This document shows, piece after piece, positions 19,190 to 28,234 of a stretch of 64,000 nt of DNA. The translations under genes were made by a program, and so were the position numbers. Location of the stretch: positions 47,165 through 111,164 of the forward strand of contig CAZVHQ010000007.1 of the NCBI GenBank assembly GCA_964627225.1, given 5' to 3'. Position 1 is the first letter of the stretch. The number at the start of each line of letters is the position of its first letter. The notes under the pieces were generated by a model. It made no database searches. It was not told the origin of the DNA and worked only from the letters and a program-made list of their open reading frames with translations. This stretch comes from an uncultured Mesoterricola sp. GTDB taxonomy: Bacteria; Acidobacteriota; Holophagae; Holophagales; Holophagaceae.

Positions 19190-19708
19190 ATGGACCCCTT
19201 GAAGATTTCCGCTCGCGGCAGGTACTCCATGCAGGCGCTGTTCGATCTGGCCCATTTCAGCCATGGCCAGCCCGTGCCGCTCCATCTCATCGCCCAGAGG
19301 CAGGAGCTCAGCCTGCCCTTCCTTGAGCAGATCTTCAACCGGCTCAAGAAATCGGGGATCGTCGCCAGCGTGCGCGGGCCCAAGGGCGGCTACATCATCA
19401 CCCGTCCCTGCAACCAGGTCACCGTGGGCGACGTGCTGCGGCTCACCGACAGCGGCTTCTACGCCGCCGCCAAGGAAGACCCGGCGATGGCCAAATCGGT
19501 CCTGCGGGCCGACGTCAAGATGAACGAGCTGCTGTGGAAGCAGCTCGCCAGCCAGATCACCCATTTCATGGACACCATCACCCTGGCCGACCTCTGCGTG
19601 GAAAGCCACAGCAACACCTGCCCGAGCTGCACCTGTCCGGAATACACCCTGGACGTCCAGGCCCAGCTCGATTCGGGCCAGCGCAAGCGCTGCGCGGCGC
19701 TGGATTGA
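19190..19708 (+). CDS. Rrf2 family transcriptional regulator (IscR-like)
   Basis: ARGRYS, IAQRQELSLPFLEQIF, VASVRGPKGGY, ITLADL. Confidence 0.92.
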   Translation: MDPLKISARGRYSMQALFDLAHFSHGQPVPLHLIAQRQELSLPFLEQIFNRLKKSGIVASVRGPKGGYIITRPCNQVTVGDVLRLTDSGFYAAAKEDPAMAKSVLRADVKMNELLWKQLASQITHFMDTITLADLCVESHSNTCPSCTCPEYTLDVQAQLDSGQRKRCAALD

Positions 19709-19712
19709 GCGC

Positions 19713-20528
19713 TTGAGCAATCCCTGCGCCCTGCCCAGCATCGCCCTGCCGCCCACCCCGGAGGAACGGCTCACCCTGCCCAAACTGGAGGAGCGCCTGC
19801 GCAGGCGGGTGGGTGTCTGCATCCACGAATTCGGCCTGGTCGAGGACGGCGACCGGATCCTGGTCGGCCTCAGCGGCGGCAAGGACTCCTGGGCCCTGCT
19901 GGACCTGCTGGAATCCCTGCGGCGCCGGGCCCCCATCAAGTTCGAGCTGTACGGCGTGACCATCGACCCCGGCTTCAGCCGGTTCAATCCGGACCGCATC
20001 GCCGAGGTGTGCGAGGCCAAGGGCATCCCCCACACGATCCTGCCGGCGCCCATCGACCTGATGGTGCGCAAGCGGCCCGAAGTCACCCCCTGCGCCATGT
20101 GCTCCCGGTTCCGCCGCGGCGTGCTCTACTCCCACGCCCGGGAGCATGGCTACAACAAGATCGCCCTGGGCCATCACCTGGACGACCTGATCGAGACCCT
20201 GCTGCTCAACCAGTTCTTCGGCGGCCGCTTGGCCACCATGCCGCTCAAGCTCATCGCCGACACCGGCGACAACATCGTGATCCGCCCCCTGGGCACCTGC
20301 GAGGAGGAGGATCTGCGCCGGTTCGCCTGGCTGAAGGGCTACCCGATCATCCCTTGCGGCTGTCCCCTCTGCGGCGCCTCGGTGCTGGAATCGCGCCGGG
20401 CCCAGGTGAAGGCCCTGGTGGCCCAGCTGCGGGAGACCATCCCCGATCTCAAGTTCTCCATGCTCAAGGCCATGAAGAACGTCAAGACCTCCCACCTGCT
20501 GGACGCGAGACTGCCGCCGATCACTTGA
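19713..20528 (+). CDS. ttcA: tRNA 2-thiocytidine(32) synthetase
   Basis: SGGKDS PP-loop, CAMCSRFRRG, LGHHLDD, IRPL, CGCPLC. Confidence 0.92.
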   Translation: MSNPCALPSIALPPTPEERLTLPKLEERLRRRVGVCIHEFGLVEDGDRILVGLSGGKDSWALLDLLESLRRRAPIKFELYGVTIDPGFSRFNPDRIAEVCEAKGIPHTILPAPIDLMVRKRPEVTPCAMCSRFRRGVLYSHAREHGYNKIALGHHLDDLIETLLLNQFFGGRLATMPLKLIADTGDNIVIRPLGTCEEEDLRRFAWLKGYPIIPCGCPLCGASVLESRRAQVKALVAQLRETIPDLKFSMLKAMKNVKTSHLLDARLPPIT

Positions 20529-20668
20529 AATGAAGTGGTGACCAAATCCCTGGCATGCGCATCTAACTGGCAGCGATCCAAGGAATTGTCGAGGAGACGA
20601 GCGGTCCGTCCCAGGGCCTGGCCAGCGGTTTCCCCGGCGCTGCCGGAAATCCATGTTCAGGAGGTATC

Positions 20669-22336
20669 ATGCCCATCCCAAGATGGTTCTGCCCACTGAC
20701 CGCGCTCGCCCTGGCGTGCGCTTTGCACCTGGAGGCGGCCGTCGCAGCCCCGGACACCGCGCCCGCCTACCACGGCGGCGCCCTGGTGGTCACCAACCCG
20801 GGCCTCGCCCAGGGCCACCTCGCCCCCGGCCAGATCCTGCCCATCCGGCTTTCCCGGCTGACCCGCCCGGCGGATGGCCCGCCGCCGCTCCAGGGCACCG
20901 AGACGCCCGGCAGCGTCCGCTATGGCCAGCTGGAATTCCTCCAGGTTTCCCCGGCCAGCGTCACCTTCAGCGTCGCCTTCCGGGACGGCGGCCCGGCCCG
21001 CACCATCACCCTGCGCCGGGGGGAGAGCGTGGACCTGGCCGGCGACGGCGTGCCCACGCTGGCGCTCCAGGCGCCGGTGAAGGCGCTGCAGGCAGGCGGG
21101 GACGCCATCGACTACGCCCTGCTGGCCTTTGCCTGCGATGCCGGCCACACGGCGATGTTCGCCCTGGCGCCCGAAGCCTTCGAGGGCGGCCGCTACCCCT
21201 ACGGCATCTCCGGCCTGACCCCCGCCGGGCAGTTCATCTTCCAGACCGATTGCCTTGGCGCCCGGCCCACCCGCGGCCCGGGCAAGGCCACCCTGGTGTT
21301 CCCGGAACAGGCCGGCCCGGCATTCCAGGTGCGGCCCGATCCGGGCGATGTGCTGGTGGAGGCCCAGTCCGGCCGGTTCGGCGCCATCCAGCAGGTGGAC
21401 CGGACCGTGTCCGGCCTGGAGATCCGCTACGCCCCGGCGGCGACACCGTTCCTGTTCCGGGACGTGTTCGGCGCCGCCTGCGTCCAGGTCTCCGGCAACC
21501 TGGCCGAGCTGGCCCGGCGCTACCGGTGCGGCCCGGCCGCCCTGTGGGACACCAGCCTGACCCTGGTGGACATCGCGCGCGCCGAACCGCTCCTGGACGA
21601 CCCGCGCGGCCAGCTTGCTCTACAGTTGGCCGCCCGGCTGAGCGTCGACCTGTCCCTTTCGGTCAACGCCAACTACCACGGGATATCAGCCGGCATGGCC
21701 GCCTACCTGGACGAAACCCTGCGCCTGGCCGTGGACGGCCACCTCCAATTGCCGTTCAGCAAGCAATTCGGCCCGCTCTCCCTGGCCCGGAACGAGGTGG
21801 GGTTCGCGATCTACGGCGTGCCCCTGGCGGTCTCCCTGGACCTGACCGGCGGGCTGGATGTGGACAGCCAGGATACCGGCACCCTGCTGGAAGGGATCAG
21901 CGCCACCGGGCGCTGGGGCTGGAGTTCGAACGTCGCCGCCACCTGGGGCTGGCGGGGGATCAAGGTGAACGCCCCCGCCCCGGTGCCCACCAACACCCTG
22001 GTGATCCAGGGGCTGCCGGAAAACGCCTCCAGCATGACCGGGCAGGGCTCGGTCCGCCCATGGCTGACCCTCATTCCCAAGCTCAAGTTCGCCTCCTGCC
22101 TCTTCGCCGAATGTCCCAGCGCCCTGGCCGCCACCGCGCTGGTGCGCACCAGCGCCGGCCCCGGCGCGCCGGCCGCACATGCCCAGCTGGATGTCGATTA
22201 CCAGCTCAAAGCCGGCATCGGCTTCGAACTGCCGCTCTTCGGCCATGTCTGGGACAAGACCTGGCCGCTCTACACCTGGTCGGACACGGTATGGGCGCAG
22301 GATTGGCTCAAACCATCCGCAGCCACAGCCCCTTGA
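20669..22336 (+). CDS. hypothetical secreted beta-rich protein
   Basis: GGAGG RBS, signal-peptide-like N-terminus, 555-aa ORF with host-like codon usage; family not recognised. Confidence 0.7.
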   Translation: MPIPRWFCPLTALALACALHLEAAVAAPDTAPAYHGGALVVTNPGLAQGHLAPGQILPIRLSRLTRPADGPPPLQGTETPGSVRYGQLEFLQVSPASVTFSVAFRDGGPARTITLRRGESVDLAGDGVPTLALQAPVKALQAGGDAIDYALLAFACDAGHTAMFALAPEAFEGGRYPYGISGLTPAGQFIFQTDCLGARPTRGPGKATLVFPEQAGPAFQVRPDPGDVLVEAQSGRFGAIQQVDRTVSGLEIRYAPAATPFLFRDVFGAACVQVSGNLAELARRYRCGPAALWDTSLTLVDIARAEPLLDDPRGQLALQLAARLSVDLSLSVNANYHGISAGMAAYLDETLRLAVDGHLQLPFSKQFGPLSLARNEVGFAIYGVPLAVSLDLTGGLDVDSQDTGTLLEGISATGRWGWSSNVAATWGWRGIKVNAPAPVPTNTLVIQGLPENASSMTGQGSVRPWLTLIPKLKFASCLFAECPSALAATALVRTSAGPGAPAAHAQLDVDYQLKAGIGFELPLFGHVWDKTWPLYTWSDTVWAQDWLKPSAATAP

Positions 22337-23498
22337 GGTAGCTGCCTTCGGGGTGGTTGAGGGCGTAGGGATGGTCCATGGGCTGGCCCAGGTGGGCCAG
22401 CACCTGAGCTTCGCGGCCGGCTTCCAGCAGCGCGGTCCATACCGCCTCCTGGAAGCGGGGCCGCTCCAGGTGCTGGGAGCAGGAAAAGCAGCCCAGCACG
22501 CCGCCTTCGGCCGTGGCCCGGGCGCCCAGGCGGAACAGGTCCTTGTAGGCCTTGAACGCCTTGTCCACGTCCTTGCGCTGCTTGGCGAAGGCCGGCGGAT
22601 CCACCACCACCCGGTCATAGGCTTCCGGTTCCAGCTGGCGCATGAGCTCGAAGGCGTCGCCCTGCAGCCGCTGGTGGCGCGCCGGATCGAGCCCGTTCAT
22701 GGCCCAGTCCCGCTCGGCCTGGTCCAGGGCCGCCCCGGAGATGTCCAGGGTGGCCACGGAGGCGGCCCCGCCCAGCCCGGCGTGGATGGAGAAGCCGCCG
22801 GTGTAGCCGAAGGCGTTGAGCACCCGGCAGCCGTTGGCGATCCGGCCCAGGGTGAGCCTATGCTCGCGCTGGTCCAGGAAGAAGCCGGTCTTCTGCCCCT
22901 TGAGCAGGTCCACGGACAAGAGCGCCGCCCCTTCGCGGATCACCACGGGACCGGCCAGGGAGCCCTTGAGCAGCCTATTCACCGGGTCCAGGCCCTCGTC
23001 CTTGCGGCCGCCCTGGCTGCGTTCCACGAACACGGTGATCCCCTCCGCCTGGGCCAGCTCCAGCAGCGGCGGCCACCAGCAGTCGCGCAGGGCCTCCAGC
23101 CCGGCCGTGCCCACCTGGAGCACCAGCGCCGGGCCGTAGCGGTCCACCACCAGCCCCGGGAGCAGGTCGCCCTCGCCGAACACCCAGCGGCAGCCCGCCT
23201 CCGGGCCATCCAGCCCGAGCATGCGCCGCCCCGCCAGGGCGCGTTCCAGCCGGCCCCGGAAGAAGGCCAGGTCCAGCGGCTGCTCCTCCCGGCGGAAGAG
23301 GCGCACCGCCAGCGGGTTGCTGGCCGAGGCGGTGCCTACCCCGAGCACCTGGCCGGCGGCGTCGGCCAGCCGGACCACCGGGGCCGAAGGCGCTTCGGCC
23401 AGGGCTCCGGAGTACACCCAGGGGTGCCCCTTGGAGAGCAGGGCTTCCTTGCCCGGTTTCAGGCGCACGATCGGGTAGGGCCATTCGGAAGTTTGCAT
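22308..23498 (-). CDS. rlmI: class I SAM-dependent rRNA methyltransferase (RlmI family)
   Basis: GHPWVYS PUA domain, EGDLLPGLVVDRY, GQKTGFFLDQR, DPPAFAK, EGSYLK. Confidence 0.88.
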   Translation of the reverse strand: MQTSEWPYPIVRLKPGKEALLSKGHPWVYSGALAEAPSAPVVRLADAAGQVLGVGTASASNPLAVRLFRREEQPLDLAFFRGRLERALAGRRMLGLDGPEAGCRWVFGEGDLLPGLVVDRYGPALVLQVGTAGLEALRDCWWPPLLELAQAEGITVFVERSQGGRKDEGLDPVNRLLKGSLAGPVVIREGAALLSVDLLKGQKTGFFLDQREHRLTLGRIANGCRVLNAFGYTGGFSIHAGLGGAASVATLDISGAALDQAERDWAMNGLDPARHQRLQGDAFELMRQLEPEAYDRVVVDPPAFAKQRKDVDKAFKAYKDLFRLGARATAEGGVLGCFSCSQHLERPRFQEAVWTALLEAGREAQVLAHLGQPMDHPYALNHPEGSYLKGLWLRMV

Positions 23499-23518
23499 CC
23501 ATCCAGGATAGCGGCGGT

Positions 23519-24553
23519 TCACCGCCTGAGGATCGTCTTCAACGCCGCCGCCAGCGCCGCCACGGCTTCGGGGGCGGTGCCCGGCAGCAGGGAGACCCGC
23601 AGCGCCGACCGGGCTTCCGCCTCGGTGTAGCCCAGGGTCGTGATGGCGTGGCTGGGCCGGGTGGACCCGCTGTGGCAGGCCGAGCCGGTGGAGACGGCGA
23701 AGCCGGCCAGGTCCAGGGCGATCTGCACGCTTTCGCCCACGTGGCCGCGCAGCAGCAGCGAACTGGTGTTGGGCAGCCGCGGCTGGTCCCGGCCGGGCAC
23801 CGCGTAGTCCGGGGACCAGGACAGCACTTCCGCCTCCAGGGCGTCGCGCAGCGGGGCCAGCCCGGCGTTCCCGGCCAGGCGCGCGGGCAGCTCGGCCACC
23901 GCTTCAGCCAGGCCCAGGATGGCCGGCAGATCCTCGGTGCCGCCGCGCCGGCGGCGCTCCTGGGGCCCCTCCATGACCGCCGTCCAGGGCAGCCCGGGCC
24001 GCATCCAGAGCACGGCGACGCCGCGCGGGCCGCCGATCTTGTGCCCGGAAAACACCGCCGCGTCGCAATCCGAAAGCGTCACCGGCACCTTGCCCCAGGC
24101 CTGGGCGGCGTCCTTGATCCGCACCGCCTTCAGGCCGGGCATCGGGTACAGGATGCCGGTCTCGTTGCTGGCGGCCATCTGCACCACGGTGGCGCAGCCG
24201 GCGGAATCCTGAGGCATCCAGCGCACGGCCCAATCAGCCAGCGGGTTCAGGCAGGCGCTGTGCTCGCCGGGGAACACCAGGGCCGGCCGGTCGCCGAGCG
24301 CCGGCCGCAGGCCGCGCAGCAGCAGGTGCAGGGCCTCGGTGGCGCTGGCGCAGAAGACCAGCTCGGCCGGGGGCACGCCCAGGCTCCCGGCCACGCTCCG
24401 GCGGGCCTCTTCCAGCAGGTGCCGGGCGCGCTGGCCCTCCCGGTGGGTGCTGGTGGGATTGCCCCAGGCGTCCGCCATGGCGCGGGCCACCGTCTCCACC
24501 ACCCGGGGCAGCGGCGGCGTGGTGGCGTTGGCATCGAAGTAGTGTCGTTCCAT
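23519..24553 (-). CDS. cysteine desulfurase (IscS/NifS-like, compact)
   Basis: YFDANATT, GNPTSTH, NETG, DAAQ, SGHK, GSACHS. Confidence 0.88.
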   Translation of the reverse strand: MERHYFDANATTPPLPRVVETVARAMADAWGNPTSTHREGQRARHLLEEARRSVAGSLGVPPAELVFCASATEALHLLLRGLRPALGDRPALVFPGEHSACLNPLADWAVRWMPQDSAGCATVVQMAASNETGILYPMPGLKAVRIKDAAQAWGKVPVTLSDCDAAVFSGHKIGGPRGVAVLWMRPGLPWTAVMEGPQERRRRGGTEDLPAILGLAEAVAELPARLAGNAGLAPLRDALEAEVLSWSPDYAVPGRDQPRLPNTSSLLLRGHVGESVQIALDLAGFAVSTGSACHSGSTRPSHAITTLGYTEAEARSALRVSLLPGTAPEAVAALAAALKTILRR

Positions 24554-24593
24554 CCGACCATTCTTGCCGCAAAACGGCCGTAGAATCGAAGGC

Positions 24594-25586
24594 ATGTCAA
24601 CCCCCCTTCACCCGCAGAACGTCATCGCCCTGGTCTGGGATTTCGACAAGACCCTGATTCCCGGCTACATGCAGGATCCCATTTTCGCCTTCTACAATGT
24701 CGACGACAGCGCCTTCTGGCGGGAAGTGAACGCCCTGCCCGCGCATTTCGCGCGCCAGGGCGTGACGGTCCACCCCGACACCGCCTACCTGAACCACCTG
24801 CTCACCTATGTCCAGCACGGGCGCATGCCGGGGCTGACCAACGCCCGGCTGCGCGAGCTGGGCGCCAAGATCCGCTTCCATCCCGGCCTGCCCGGCTTCT
24901 TCGGCGCCCTGCGCGAGCACCTGGAGCAGGATCCGGACGTGCAGCGCTTCGAGATCCGCCTGGAGCACTACATCGTTTCCACCGGCCTGAAGCCGATGAT
25001 CGACGGCTCCGCCATCCACCCCTACGTCAAGGGCGTTTGGGCCTCGGAGTTCCTGGAATCGCCGCCGGGGCCCGGCTTCGACGTGGACCCCACCCTGGAC
25101 CTGGACGCCCCCAGGGACCTGGGCGAGCCGCTGTTCCCGGTCACCGGCGTCGCCCAGATCGCCGTGGCCTACGACAACACCAGCAAGACCCGGGCCCTGT
25201 TCGAGATCAACAAGGGCAGCAACATCAACCCCAGCATCCAGGTCAACGCCACCATGCGCCCGGAGGACCGGCGGGTGCCGTTCGAGCACATGATCTACAT
25301 CGCCGACGGCCCCTCGGACGTGCCCGCCTTTTCCGTCATGCGCCAGAACCACGGCATCGGCTACGCCGTCTACGACCCGGCCAACCCGGCCAGCCTCAAG
25401 CAGGTGGACCGCCTGCGCCGAGATGGCCGGATCGACCACTTCGGCCCCGCCGACTACCGCCCCGGCAGCCCGACCAGCGACTGGCTGACCCTGCAGGTGG
25501 ACCGGATCGCCGCGGAGATGGCCGCCAAACGCAAGTCCGCCCTGAAGGCGCAGGTGGGCGAGGCGCCGCAGCATCTGCCGCACTAG
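24594..25586 (+). CDS. HAD-like hydrolase
   Basis: WDFDKTL, IVSTG, KTRALFEINKG, MIYIADGPSDVP. Confidence 0.85.
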   Translation: MSTPLHPQNVIALVWDFDKTLIPGYMQDPIFAFYNVDDSAFWREVNALPAHFARQGVTVHPDTAYLNHLLTYVQHGRMPGLTNARLRELGAKIRFHPGLPGFFGALREHLEQDPDVQRFEIRLEHYIVSTGLKPMIDGSAIHPYVKGVWASEFLESPPGPGFDVDPTLDLDAPRDLGEPLFPVTGVAQIAVAYDNTSKTRALFEINKGSNINPSIQVNATMRPEDRRVPFEHMIYIADGPSDVPAFSVMRQNHGIGYAVYDPANPASLKQVDRLRRDGRIDHFGPADYRPGSPTSDWLTLQVDRIAAEMAAKRKSALKAQVGEAPQHLPH

Positions 25587-26839
25587 AAGTTGAATGATCC
25601 CAGCGTCGCAGGGTGCTGCTTCACCGCGTACCATTCCCGGGTGAACGGCATCCGCAGGGGAGCAAGGGGCGGCCGGAGCCGGGAGGCGACCCAGTGCACC
25701 ACCTGGTTGGGGATGCGGTCCCGGTGGCGCAGGTAGCAGCAGGTCTCGACCGGCTCGGCGCCCAGGGTGCTCTTGATCTCCATGGCCGTGCGCCCGTAGT
25801 TGACCTGGCTGCAGCGGTGCTCCAGGGCCAGCCGCAGGAAATCGCCCAGCATTCTGGGGTAGATCGAAAGACCCTGGTTGAGCCCATAGTCCAGGCCCAC
25901 CTGATGGGCTTCGAGGACCCCGCCGCGCACGAAGGCGCTGAGAAAACCCACCAGCACGCCCTGGTGGAAATAACCGCGGAGAATGAAATCGGGGCCCAGG
26001 GTCCGGCGCAGGTTCAGGAACATCGGGAAGGTCAAGCTGCCGAGCTGGTACTCGCTCCTTTCGTAGACCGCCCGGTAGAGCGTCATCACCCGCTCCCGCT
26101 GGGCGAGCAGCGCCTCGGCATCGAGGTCCTGCACGATCAGCGCCTGGGACTTGGCATAGGCGCGCTTCGCCTTCACGCGGTATTTCGAAGTCAGGCACGC
26201 GAGATAGGTCTCGAAGCAATCCCAGGATGGATCCAGCGGCAGCACCATGGCCGGTTCAAGCTTCAGCTTCGCGAAGCCCTGCCGGCCAAGGGCGGTTCCG
26301 AAGGCGCTCGCCTGGGCCGGCAGGTCCTTGACCAGCAGCCCGTCGATGGGCCTGATCCGCTCCAGGTCGGCTTTTACCGCGGTGAGGGCCCGGAGCAGGC
26401 CAGCCATGGCCCGCTCCGGCGCCACGCCTGGCGCGAAATGGAAACCATGCTCGCCCGAGGTCGCCGGATTGCCGCACAGCAGCACCTGGAAGGACAGGGA
26501 ACCTTCGCCCAGCCCCAGCCAGCGCATCATGAAGGGGACCCACCTGCGCTCCCGGAAGCGTTCGCCCAGGGACCGGCCCTTGAAGCGGGTGAGCTGGAAA
26601 CACGCCACGCCCACCATCCGCCCGTCCTCATGGAAGGAGGCGAAGCGGAAGGCTTCGCCAGGCCCCGCGCCCGCCGCCATCGCCCGCAGGTAGGGACGCT
26701 GCAGGAACGGACCGGCCTGGGTGGCCAGGCCATCCCAGGCTTCGCCGCCCAGCCCATCCACCGATTCCGCCAGGCGCACGTCGAGCGCCGGCGCGGCCCA
26801 GCAGCAGTGGTGCGTGGCACAGGATGACGAGGAAGACAT
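25583..26839 (-). CDS. FemAB-like double-GNAT-fold acyltransferase
   Basis: WDCFETYLACLTSKYR, VGLDY, NYGRTAMEIKSTLGA. Confidence 0.7.
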   Translation of the reverse strand: MSSSSSCATHHCCWAAPALDVRLAESVDGLGGEAWDGLATQAGPFLQRPYLRAMAAGAGPGEAFRFASFHEDGRMVGVACFQLTRFKGRSLGERFRERRWVPFMMRWLGLGEGSLSFQVLLCGNPATSGEHGFHFAPGVAPERAMAGLLRALTAVKADLERIRPIDGLLVKDLPAQASAFGTALGRQGFAKLKLEPAMVLPLDPSWDCFETYLACLTSKYRVKAKRAYAKSQALIVQDLDAEALLAQRERVMTLYRAVYERSEYQLGSLTFPMFLNLRRTLGPDFILRGYFHQGVLVGFLSAFVRGGVLEAHQVGLDYGLNQGLSIYPRMLGDFLRLALEHRCSQVNYGRTAMEIKSTLGAEPVETCCYLRHRDRIPNQVVHWVASRLRPPLAPLRMPFTREWYAVKQHPATLGSFNF

Positions 26840-26849
26840 GGATGGGCTC

Positions 26850-27158
26850 CTAGAACCGGGGCAGGAAATCCCTGATCCGCTGCAGGGTTTCGGCATTGAC
26901 CCGCGCCACCAGGTTCTTGCCCTGCTTCTCGGTCGTGATGAGCCCGGCCATGGTCAGTTCCCGCAGGTGATGCGACAGCGTCGGCGCACCGATCCTGAAG
27001 CGGTCCTTGATTTCGCTGATCATGCAACAGCCCTGGGCGGGGAACCGCGCCTCCTGCTGCCGGGCGATCTCCAGGAAAAGCTCCAGCCGGTGTTCGTGGC
27101 TGAGCGCTTTCAGGATGAAGGCCATTCCTCGGGCATCCTGCAATTCCCCCATGCTCAT
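26850..27158 (-). CDS. ArsR/SmtB family regulator
   Basis: KALSHEHRL..TLSHHLREL..AGLI..KQGK. Confidence 0.88.
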   Translation of the reverse strand: MSMGELQDARGMAFILKALSHEHRLELFLEIARQQEARFPAQGCCMISEIKDRFRIGAPTLSHHLRELTMAGLITTEKQGKNLVARVNAETLQRIRDFLPRF

Positions 27159-27322
27159 GCCGCCGCCCTCGCCTTCTGGAATCCGAGTGTTACCGAACGA
27201 TTCGATAATTATCAAATTATTGATCGGTCGCGGGCGGCTGTCAAGCAACGGCAAGCGGCGATCAACCCCGCCCACGATGGGAAAGTAAGGGGAAAGATGG
27301 ATATTGGTAAGGAGGTGACGCC

Positions 27323-27540
27323 ATGCCCAAGCTCATCCGGGATGCCCTCGGCCTCCACGAAGGTGACCAGGTCCGGTTTGAACTGGATCCGGTCAACGGA
27401 AAAACGGTGATGGAACCCATCCGGTTCAGGCCGGAAGACCTTGCCTCCTTCGCGATCCCGGGAGCCCGGCGGATGAGCTTCGCGGAAATGGAAGCCGCCA
27501 AGCGGGCAGGCGCACTTCAAAGCTTGCTGAGTGGCTTGAC
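27323..27540 (+). pseudogene. AbrB/MazE-type antitoxin remnant
   Basis: PKLIRDALGLHEGDQVRF motif, but lacking the N-terminal SKGQITI strand; reading frame runs on into the brnA antisense strand. Confidence 0.55.
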
Positions 27541-27542
27541 CC

Positions 27543-27821
27543 TCAACTCACCTTGTGCCTGTGCACCAGGTCCAACAATTCCCTGTCCATCCGAGTCTGC
27601 CAGCCTTCCCCTGTCGCCCGAAAATAGTCCACCACTTCGGGAGATAGCCTGAGGCTGACACGCACTTTGGTAGGAGCCTTCTGGGGTCCACGCACGCCAA
27701 GTTTTTTCATCAAGGGATCAGGCAAGCCAGCCTCATGGATGGGCTTGAATTGCTTCATGTCCTCCAAGGTGAGTTCTCTGACTTCGCCTTGTTCATCAAT
27801 CAGTGGCTTGGGCTTGCTCAT
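27543..27821 (-). CDS. brnA: BrnA antitoxin
   Basis: RGPQKAPTKVRVSLRLSPEVVDYFRATGEGWQTRM. Confidence 0.92.
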   Translation of the reverse strand: MSKPKPLIDEQGEVRELTLEDMKQFKPIHEAGLPDPLMKKLGVRGPQKAPTKVRVSLRLSPEVVDYFRATGEGWQTRMDRELLDLVHRHKVS

Positions 27822-28074
27822 AAACACTCCTTTCCCTGGCGTTCGCCTTGCGGAAGCTGATCACTCGAATGCCTGCCAAGGTTTCGGTGAATACAAGGAC
27901 ATGCAGTCGCCCATCCAAGAGTCCGAGTGCTATCCATCGCTGCTCACCGTAATCGCGCCGGCCGTCGAGGCGGATCTGGGAGAAGTTCCAATCCAGATCA
28001 CGAGCCCGGTCGAAAGACAGCTTTCTATCCCTGATGGTCCTCGCATTTTTTGCGGAGTCATACTCGACGTCCAT
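27796..28074 (-). CDS. brnT: BrnT ribonuclease toxin
   Basis: EYDSAKN..SF..DYGEQRW..RVISFRKANARE. Confidence 0.92.
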   Translation of the reverse strand: MDVEYDSAKNARTIRDRKLSFDRARDLDWNFSQIRLDGRRDYGEQRWIALGLLDGRLHVLVFTETLAGIRVISFRKANARERSVYEQAQATD

Positions 28075-28234
28075 CACCTAATTGTCGGCACAAAAAGGCA
28101 AGCGTCAAGACCAACCTGGGGTGAGGAGGTGCAGCCTTTTTCGGGAACCGCTCAACAGCAGAATCAGGGCTTGGCGGTAGGATGAAAATCCGGAGGAGCC
28201 GCACGCCCCGCCCGATCGATCCCGAAGGAGACCA

